The notes: generated by a model not told the origin, from the letters alone. A DNA stretch of 32,000 nucleotides from Aliivibrio fischeri ES114 (GCF_000011805.1 NC_006840.2); one strand, 5' to 3'; positions 24,956 through 30,989 are shown, numbered from the stretch's first letter. Numbers and translations: made by a program.

Positions 24956-26527
24956 ATGGGTAATCATTTAAGTAAGATTGCTGTTGGAGTTGGTCTGCTT
25001 GCAACCTCTAGTGCAGCAATGGCAGCAGCGCAACCTAACATACTTGCTATTTTTGGTGATGATGTTGGTTATTGGAACATTAGCGCCTACAACCAAGGAA
25101 TGATGGGTTATAAAACACCTAACATCGATCGTATCGCGAATGAAGGTGCATTGTTCACTGATCACTATGGCCAACAATCTTGTACTGCTGGACGTGCTGC
25201 TTTCATTACAGGTCAAGAACCTTTCCGTACGGGTCTATTAACCATTGGCATGCCAGGTTCTGATCATGGTATTCCTGATTGGGCTCCAACCATTGCCGAT
25301 CTTCTTAAAGATCAAGGCTACATGACGGCACAATTTGGTAAAAACCACCTTGGTGACCAAGATAAACATCTTCCAACCAATCACGGTTTTGACGAATTCT
25401 TCGGTAACCTTTACCACCTAAATGCCGAAGAAGAGCCAGAAACTTACTACTACCCTAAAGATCCTGAGTTCCGTAAAAATTATGGTCCACGTGGTGTAAT
25501 TAAATCTTATGCTGATGGTAAGATTGAAGATACCGGCCCAATGACTCGTAAGCGTATGGAGCACGCAGATGAAGAGTTCTTAGATTCTTCATTAGCATTT
25601 ATGGAAAAAGCGGTAAAAGCGGATAAACCTTTCTTTATCTGGCACAACACAACTCGCATGCACGTTTGGACTCGTCTACAAGAAAAATACCAAGGTAAAT
25701 CAGGCGTAAGTATTTATGCTGATGGTATGCTTGAGCACGATGACCAAGTTGGTATCCTACTTGATAAACTGGATGAGCTTGGTGTAGCAGATAACACGAT
25801 CGTTATTTATTCAACCGATAACGGTGCAGAAACAGTAACATGGCCTGACGGCGGTGCTACACCATTCTATGGTGAAAAAGGCACAACATGGGAAGGTGGT
25901 ATGCGTGTACCACAACTTGTTCGTTGGCCGGGAACTATTAAACCTGGAACAAAAATCAATGAAATGATGGCGCACCAAGATTGGCTTCCAACTTTACTTG
26001 ATGCTGCTGGTGTTCCAAACGTAAAAGAAAAACTTGCTAAAGGCTATAAAGCCAACGGTAAAGAGTTCAAAGTTCATATCGATGGTTACGATTTCAAACC
26101 ATTCTTTGAAGGAAAAGTAGATAAAGGTCCTCGTGAATCACTGCTTTACTTCACTGCAAATGGTGAGTTGAATGCCGTTCGCTGGCAAGATTGGAAACTG
26201 AACTTCGCAATAATGGAAGGTAATATTTCTGATGCAGTTCGTTTGTCACCAAACTGGCCTCAAATCATCCACCTACGTGCGGACCCATTTGAAAAAGCAC
26301 CGCATGAATCAGGCATGTACTTACGTTGGATGGCAGATAACATGTGGTTATTCGTACCAATGCAAGACGTATTAGCTGAGTTCTTTAATACTCTACCTGA
26401 TTACCCAATGCAAATGAGTACTCAAATGAACCCTGCAGCTATCAGTGCACAATCACTTGGCTTAAAAGCGAAAATGCAACAGCTAGATAAGCTTCAAGCT
26501 CAAATGAATAAACTAAATGCTAAATAG
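24956..26527 (+). CDS. Exported Cys-type sulfatase (arylsulfatase family), paralog 3
   Basis: Signal peptide MGNHLSKIAVGVGLLATSSAAMA, IFGDDVG, SCTAGRAAFITG (Cys codon 25181-25183) and GKNHLGD. RBS GGAG lies upstream of the ATG at 24956; the track TTG start at 24944 is less likely. Confidence 0.9.
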   Translation: MGNHLSKIAVGVGLLATSSAAMAAAQPNILAIFGDDVGYWNISAYNQGMMGYKTPNIDRIANEGALFTDHYGQQSCTAGRAAFITGQEPFRTGLLTIGMPGSDHGIPDWAPTIADLLKDQGYMTAQFGKNHLGDQDKHLPTNHGFDEFFGNLYHLNAEEEPETYYYPKDPEFRKNYGPRGVIKSYADGKIEDTGPMTRKRMEHADEEFLDSSLAFMEKAVKADKPFFIWHNTTRMHVWTRLQEKYQGKSGVSIYADGMLEHDDQVGILLDKLDELGVADNTIVIYSTDNGAETVTWPDGGATPFYGEKGTTWEGGMRVPQLVRWPGTIKPGTKINEMMAHQDWLPTLLDAAGVPNVKEKLAKGYKANGKEFKVHIDGYDFKPFFEGKVDKGPRESLLYFTANGELNAVRWQDWKLNFAIMEGNISDAVRLSPNWPQIIHLRADPFEKAPHESGMYLRWMADNMWLFVPMQDVLAEFFNTLPDYPMQMSTQMNPAAISAQSLGLKAKMQQLDKLQAQMNKLNAK

Positions 26528-26542
26528 TAATATCTAAAACTA

Positions 26543-26580
26543 AAACGCCCCGAGTGAATATTCACTCGGGGCGTTTTTTT
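26543..26580. terminator. Bidirectional rho-independent terminator
   Basis: A-run, 14-bp GC-rich stem ACGCCCCGAGTGAA/TTCACTCGGGGCGT, then T7. It lies between the convergent sulfatase 3 and NifW-like genes. Confidence 0.9.
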
Positions 26581-26589
26581 ATCTGGAAT

Positions 26590-26865
26590 CTAGCGACGCT
26601 GACAAGTTGTGCAACCACGACACGCCGAACGTGTATGTGGGTCTAGCCGCCCTCTTTGTATTTTACAATACGCATTTTTGAGTGCTCGGCGAGCTGAAAA
26701 CCAGTCGTCAGGTTTTGCTAAAATCAAGTTGCCATTAAAACGTTTCATTAATGGCACTCGATATTCATTAATAAACTTGCTATCGAACTCAATCTCAAAA
26801 TGCTCAAGTGCTTGTTCAATCGAAGTGAAATTCGCAATCACTTGTTGGATAGTAGATTGGTTCAT
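26590..26865 (-). CDS. NifW-like (nitrogenase-stabilising/protective family) small protein with a Cys-rich tail
   Basis: SIEQALEHFEIEFDSKFINEYRVPLMKRFNGNL follows the pattern I recall from the NifW N-terminus (S.EE...FF.V.Y...V...RLHILQRF). The C-terminal CRGCTTC cluster is extra. Assignment is from memory of the family, not a search. Confidence 0.5.
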   Translation of the reverse strand: MNQSTIQQVIANFTSIEQALEHFEIEFDSKFINEYRVPLMKRFNGNLILAKPDDWFSARRALKNAYCKIQRGRLDPHTRSACRGCTTCQRR

Positions 26866-26872
26866 CGTTTTA

Positions 26873-27217
26873 TTAATGATTAAATGCGTTCATTTCTGCT
26901 GCACTTTTTGCTGTTAAATCACCTGTTGGATTTAATAAATGCGGCAAAATTTTTGGTAGATTTAATACGATATCTTGATTTTCTACTGGGTAAATAACCT
27001 CGTTATACCAGCCTAATAAACCCATTGTTGCGTAACCAATTGCATCATTATCTTCACGGTTTTCAATAATGATTTGTAAAAAACGTAAAATCGCTCTGTC
27101 ATTTGAACCAGCTTGATTACGAGTGTCATCAAAGATAGTTGTCGCTTCTGAAACTAAGCCTTCAAATTCAGTTTCAATCGATACTTTAAACGAACCACCA
27201 TCAACAGATATTTTCAT
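26873..27217 (-). CDS. Hypothetical cytoplasmic protein, co-oriented 7 nt upstream of the NifW-like gene
   Basis: Clean 114-aa ORF with no recognisable motif. Likely co-transcribed with 26590-26865. Confidence 0.5.
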   Translation of the reverse strand: MKISVDGGSFKVSIETEFEGLVSEATTIFDDTRNQAGSNDRAILRFLQIIIENREDNDAIGYATMGLLGWYNEVIYPVENQDIVLNLPKILPHLLNPTGDLTAKSAAEMNAFNH

Positions 27218-27359
27218 ATTTTATAGCCAATTATTTATTTTAATTGTGGCGATATTAACGAATAAATTGCTTCTTGTCGCTACCCTCAGATAAGTGATTT
27301 ACACAAAAATAAAAAAATGCGTTTCTATGATTGTTTTTTAATCTTCGCTGTCAAGTTCA

Positions 27360-27394
27360 TGGCATATGCCAAAAATAATTATTGGCATATGCCA
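27360..27394. promoter_or_regulatory. Twin 12-bp perfect palindromes TGGCATATGCCA (27360-27371 and 27383-27394), candidate operators
   Basis: Two identical perfect palindromes 23 bp apart centre to centre, with an AT-only spacer. The second overlaps the -35 box of the DUF134 operon promoter. Confidence 0.65.
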
Positions 27395-27410
27395 GTAACA
27401 AGCCTATACT
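27382..27410 (+). promoter_or_regulatory. Sigma-70-type promoter of the DUF134 / NifX-like / NqrM-like operon
   Basis: TTGGCA (27382-27387), 17-nt spacer, TATACT (27405-27410). RBS GGAGA at 27426-27430 and ATG at 27437. Confidence 0.6.
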
Positions 27411-27436
27411 TTCATCAAATTTAATGGAGAGCATTG

Positions 27437-27721
27437 ATGGCTAGACCTAAAAAATGTCGTCGAATTTGTAGTAGAGCACCATACAGTTGCTTTAAACCTA
27501 ATGGCGTACCAACAACAGAATTACCTCAAGTTCAATTACTTGCTGAAGAATTAGAAGCATTACGATTGGCTGATTTTGAAGGGTTAAGTCAACAAGACGC
27601 AGCCGATCAAATGATGGTATCGAGACAAACCTTCGGCAACATAGTGAAACAAGCAAGATTTAAAGTAAGCAGTTGTTTAGTTAATGGTCAGGCTTTAATG
27701 CTCCAAGTGGAGACTGAATAA
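27437..27721 (+). CDS. DUF134 (UPF0251) putative DNA-binding protein
   Basis: MARPKKCRRICSRAPYSCFKPNGVP...LLAEELEALRLADFEGLSQQDAADQMMVSRQTFGNIVKQAR is the canonical DUF134 layout: a Cys-containing N-terminus plus a sigma-70 region-4-like HTH. Its stop overlaps the next start (TAATG). Confidence 0.85.
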   Translation: MARPKKCRRICSRAPYSCFKPNGVPTTELPQVQLLAEELEALRLADFEGLSQQDAADQMMVSRQTFGNIVKQARFKVSSCLVNGQALMLQVETE

Positions 27722-28161
27722 TGAAATTTGCTATTCCATACCAAAATGGTCGTATCGCAGGACACTTTTCTAAAGCAGAATCGTTTCTATTTACGGATCA
27801 AGAGCATTCAGAAATAACACCAAACCCTGCACTGAATAGTACGGGCTGCGGTGGAAAAAAATCACTACTCTCATTATTAAAAAGCCAACAAATTGATGCT
27901 CTTGTCGTTCGTAACATTGGACAAAAGATGCTTGGTAACTTACTTCAATCGAACATTCGAGTATTTCACGCTAAAGGTAATGCATCATTAAATAACGCTG
28001 CATTTACAAATTTGCCTGAATTTACAGATGCGACTCAAGGTCGACCTTGTAAAAATACAAAACAAGGTTGTTGTAGCAAAAAACAAAATGTTATGACGCC
28101 GAAGTTAACAGCACCCTCACGACTAAAACAAACATTCACTGTATTAGGATGTAAAGCATGA
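27721..28161 (+). CDS. NifX/NifB-C-terminal-like (dinitrogenase FeMo-cofactor-binding fold) protein
   Basis: MKFAIPYQNGRIAGHFSKAESFLF...IDALVVRNIGQKMLGNL matches the NifX-NifB small-domain pattern (MKIA.P...G.i..HFG.a..F). A Cys-containing C-terminal extension is present. Confidence 0.75.
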   Translation: MKFAIPYQNGRIAGHFSKAESFLFTDQEHSEITPNPALNSTGCGGKKSLLSLLKSQQIDALVVRNIGQKMLGNLLQSNIRVFHAKGNASLNNAAFTNLPEFTDATQGRPCKNTKQGCCSKKQNVMTPKLTAPSRLKQTFTVLGCKA

Positions 28162-28355
28162 ATACCGTTTTAATTACTTTTGGCGCTTTTGTATTGGTCA
28201 TTTTACTAATGGCATTAGGTGTGATTTTTGGACGTAAAGAGATCCAAGGAAGTTGCGGAGGATTAAATAATGTTGGTGTTGATAAAGTATGTAATTGCGA
28301 AACAACTTGTGATGAACACAAGCTTTATCAAATTTCAGAGCCAACGGACAAATAA
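28158..28355 (+). CDS. nqrM: NqrM-like (DUF539) single-TM four-cysteine protein
   Basis: One N-terminal TM helix (VLITFGAFVLVILLMALGVIFG) followed by QGSCGGL...KVCNCETTC, four cysteines in the arrangement I recall for NqrM. ATGA overlap with the upstream gene. Confidence 0.7.
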   Translation: MNTVLITFGAFVLVILLMALGVIFGRKEIQGSCGGLNNVGVDKVCNCETTCDEHKLYQISEPTDK

Positions 28356-28395
28356 AAAGTGAAACCAGTTATCTAGTTTCACTTTGCAATTTTGG
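28356..28395 (+). terminator. Candidate terminator after the NqrM-like gene
   Basis: Perfect 10-bp stem AAAGTGAAAC/GTTTCACTTT (28356-28365 / 28376-28385) with a 10-nt loop. The downstream T tract (GCAATTTTGG) is weak. Confidence 0.55.
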
Positions 28396-28565
28396 TAACG
28401 TTTTATTTCGTTTCTTTTGTATTATATCAATCACAGTAAGTAAGTGATCAGAAATAGCGAAGGAAAAATGCTTGAGAACAAGGCAGAATTTTTCGATAAG
28501 TAGTTATTCTACAATCAAAAATTCTAACGTAGTTATCGAGCATTTTAACAAGCTAGAGCGAACAA

Positions 28566-28910
28566 TTATTTACTACGATTGGTATTACATAAATAAGCGT
28601 TACCAAACATGGTCACAGAGCTTGAAAAATCTAAAGACTGGTATAGATACAATGTATCTGCCCCTAACGCCGCAGCTTTGATACGCATTTGGTTTAACGT
28701 TCCCCAAACCATATCCTTATCAGCATGTAGCCAGTAATCATAAAAATGCCCTTCTGAACCAAAAACGATTCCCAGACGTTGGCAATTCTCAACTACTTTT
28801 ACTTCATCCCAAATAACCTCGACCTTTTCAGACTCTTTAGTCGGAAAAGTAACACAGCCCGTTAACAGCGTTGTTAAAGCAAACATTGAGCTAATAACAC
28901 GTTTTTTCAT
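28566..28910 (-). CDS. Small lipoprotein (DUF4156-like)
   Basis: Lipobox LLTGC in MKKRVISSMFALTTLLTGC, ~95-aa mature domain. The family call is from memory of similar gammaproteobacterial lipoproteins. Confidence 0.6.
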   Translation of the reverse strand: MKKRVISSMFALTTLLTGCVTFPTKESEKVEVIWDEVKVVENCQRLGIVFGSEGHFYDYWLHADKDMVWGTLNQMRIKAAALGADTLYLYQSLDFSSSVTMFGNAYLCNTNRSK

Positions 28911-29019
28911 TAAATAATCACTACAGAATAAATGTTGCGCGATTTTAGTAAAAAAAGTCTCAATAGCAAGTAATAAGTAACTAGACGATTAATTAAAAAT
29001 TATCCCTTACCTTATTATG

Positions 29020-29472
29020 TTATCGCCACTTGCTTGCTTCAGCTTCTCCATTTGCACGACGAGCCGCCGCTGCTACTTCTTTATCTACAATCGTTTGACC
29101 AATAGGTGCGATTGAAATCGCGGCCAATTTTAAGTGTTGAATAGCAAACGGAATACCAATAATAGTAACAAAACACGCAACAGCAGACATAACATGGCCA
29201 AGTGCCAACCAGAAGCCAGCAAAGATAAACCATAAAACATTACCGATAAAACCTAGGCTACCTGTACCAATATCTTCAGAACGCGTTAATTCATCACGAT
29301 AAATGGCTTCTTTACCAAATGGGAAGAAAGAGAATCCAGCCATAACAAAACACGCTCGTCCCCAAGGGATACCAATAATACTAATAAAGGCTAAGATCCC
29401 AAAAAAGCACCATGCTAGCCCCATAAATACGCCACCAAAAAGGAACCAAATTAAATTACCAATTGCGCTCAT
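29020..29472 (-). CDS. yccF: YccF-family inner membrane protein
   Basis: Duplicated YccF motif: GNLIWFLFGG...IIGIPWGRACF and GNVLWFIFAGFWLALGH...IIGIPFAIQHLKLA. Confidence 0.85.
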   Translation of the reverse strand: MSAIGNLIWFLFGGVFMGLAWCFFGILAFISIIGIPWGRACFVMAGFSFFPFGKEAIYRDELTRSEDIGTGSLGFIGNVLWFIFAGFWLALGHVMSAVACFVTIIGIPFAIQHLKLAAISIAPIGQTIVDKEVAAAARRANGEAEASKWR

Positions 29473-29527
29473 TTTATTTCCTTAACTACAATTCTTACTA
29501 TAAATAAATGACAAATTCGTAGAGTGA

Positions 29528-29689
29528 TTAATCACTTGCACCACATTTGGCACATTCATCATATGTTCTATCGCCTTCGCTAATAACGATATATTCTGTG
29601 ACGCACTTTTCACATAACGCCAGAATAGGATAAGCTTCTTTTTGTTTTTTGGAAGACGTATTTCCTTCCGTTGTATAAAATTTTCTCAT
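29528..29689 (-). CDS. Unlisted 53-aa zinc-ribbon-like small protein (candidate)
   Basis: My own translation of the minus strand gives MRKFYTTEGNTSSKKQKEAYPILALCEKCVTEYIVISEGDRTYDECAKCGASD*. It has two CxxC pairs 17 aa apart. It falls below the 60-aa track cut-off and lies 55 nt upstream of yccF on the same strand. The RBS is only weak (AGAGA). Confidence 0.4.
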   Translation of the reverse strand: MRKFYTTEGNTSSKKQKEAYPILALCEKCVTEYIVISEGDRTYDECAKCGASD

Positions 29690-29853
29690 TTTGTCTCTAT
29701 AATCTTTCTTATTTTAAATAACATTATATCGCTATTTACTCAGAAACCTGTCATTAAATAATAGTTCAATTACTTGTATCAAATTACATACAAAAGTAAC
29801 ATGCCTTGGACAAAGTTATACACCAAAGCAATAACTCACTTGGTACAATTATA

Positions 29854-30459
29854 ATGAAAAAACTACTATTAATTTCGCTGCTGTCTGTTCCAGCATTTGC
29901 TTCAAGTAATATAGCCAATAATTTTTCATATATTGGTATTGGTTTTCAATCAGCTAAATACTCTTCCGAAGCTTTATCACCGTATTTTAACGATAAATAC
30001 AGTAATGATAAGAAGAAAACATTAGGAGGCCTATATATTGATGTTAACGCAAACCTTGTAGATAAGGTCTTTTTTGATGGCTACGCCGATTTCGCAACCA
30101 GAATCAGTTCAGATGTTGATACTTGGAAAGCCGGTCTTGGTTACGCTTTTTACTCAACACCAACCTTATCAGTTCCAGCCTCTTGTGGTTGGGTAAACTA
30201 TCATGCTGAACGTGACTCAAGATCATACTCTGAAGGTGCAGGCTACTGTAAAGTCGGAGTAAAAACACAAATAGCAAATCACTGGCTACTGGATGCAACC
30301 TATCAACATGAATTTTTAGATGAATCTAAAGATACCTTGGGGATTAAAAACGTATTTCAATTTGGACGTGTTTTTGGATTAGTTGCAGGCTTTAAATATG
30401 CAGAACGAATCGAGAGTGAAATCACATACCAATTAGGTATGCAGTTCTCTTTCCACTAA
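29854..30459 (+). CDS. Small outer-membrane beta-barrel protein (OmpX/Ail/OmpW-like size class)
   Basis: Signal peptide MKKLLLISLLSVPAFASS, alternating amphipathic beta-strand pattern, and C-terminal ...YQLGMQFSFH. I prefer the start at 29854 over the track start at 29806. Confidence 0.7.
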   Translation: MKKLLLISLLSVPAFASSNIANNFSYIGIGFQSAKYSSEALSPYFNDKYSNDKKKTLGGLYIDVNANLVDKVFFDGYADFATRISSDVDTWKAGLGYAFYSTPTLSVPASCGWVNYHAERDSRSYSEGAGYCKVGVKTQIANHWLLDATYQHEFLDESKDTLGIKNVFQFGRVFGLVAGFKYAERIESEITYQLGMQFSFH

Positions 30460-30536
30460 TTCAATCAGTTATATAGATCTTAATAGCAAAAATGGAGGTC
30501 TACATAGTATTCCTCCATTATCAAATAGCGTTATTA

Positions 30537-30989
30537 TCACTCTAAAATGATTTTTGCATTTTTCTCTTGGTCTTCACTTACCAAACTTTGCATTGATGGA
30601 TTACTAGGGTAACTCTCACCATCAAAGCGCATTAATACACTTCCCTTTCCTTTTGACCATACAATTATATCGTTCCATCCACTCGTTTTTGTTTCAGCAA
30701 TACGTATTGGTGAACCCGTTACTGTACTTTTAGATATGAATGTAAAATCCGAACCCGTATTTTGAAAAATTAATACGGTACACCCACCAGACCCACACCA
30801 ATTCATTCCTTTCAACATTACAATTGCATCATCAAATCCATCTGAATTTAAATCAGCATAACCAACATCAAAATTTGGTTTATTTTCTTGAGATATTAAT
30901 GACACGGCTTGATTAATGTCTGGAATCTCATGGGCTTCTTCATTACAACCAAATAAGAATAATGAAAATAGAATCCACCAGTATTTCAT
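30537..30989 (-). CDS. Hypothetical lipoprotein with an FG-GAP-like DxNxDGxxD motif
   Basis: Lipobox LFGC in MKYWWILFSLFLFGC. Contains DLNSDGFDDAIV and WCGSGGC motifs. No family recognised. Confidence 0.55.
   Translation of the reverse strand: MKYWWILFSLFLFGCNEEAHEIPDINQAVSLISQENKPNFDVGYADLNSDGFDDAIVMLKGMNWCGSGGCTVLIFQNTGSDFTFISKSTVTGSPIRIAETKTSGWNDIIVWSKGKGSVLMRFDGESYPSNPSMQSLVSEDQEKNAKIILE

Noticed and set aside
25791-27006. Near-miss dyads: ATAAC-N6-GTTAT at 25791-25806 (inside sulfatase 3) and ATAAC-N3-GTTAT at 26994-27006 (inside the 114-aa hypothetical gene)
   Set aside because: Their spacing differs from the N5 of the four matching sites, they lack the TGGTTAT extension, and both are intragenic. 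I treated them as chance occurrences and did not count them as motif copies.
27360-27394. Reading the TGGCA-containing palindromes as a sigma-54 (-24/-12) promoter
   Set aside because: The GG is present, but there is no GC dinucleotide at the required 10-nt downstream spacing in either copy (AA and TA instead). A good sigma-70 -35/-10 pair explains the region better.
2080-29853. Longer N-terminal extensions given by the ORF track (starts at 2080, 3092, 5233, 14456, 20317, 22110, 23825, 24944, 27434, 29806)
   Set aside because: In each case an internal ATG with a better RBS coincides with the start of a signal peptide or lipobox, a family-typical N-terminus (for example MFTGIV, MARPKKCRR), or an operon-coupling overlap. 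The extensions add non-conserved-looking residues.
1391-30298. About 30 short ORFs in the supplied track that lie antisense to, or nested in, larger genes. Examples: 1391-1621, 2138-2443, 4806-5075, 6978-7196, 8291-8566, 9493-9771, 9570-9752, 11996-12202, 12325-12522, 12488-12670, 12664-13056, 12701-12889, 13900-14277, 14936-15262, 18859-19062, 19690-19890, 19979-20218, 21317-21520, 22318-22536, 23105-23320, 24237-24467, 24968-25216, 26609-26917, 28136-28321, 28472-28681, 29303-29485, 30104-30298.
   Set aside because: Each overlaps a longer ORF that has clear family motifs. Their translations are low-complexity or Ser/Leu/Cys-rich shadow frames with no RBS or recognisable motif.
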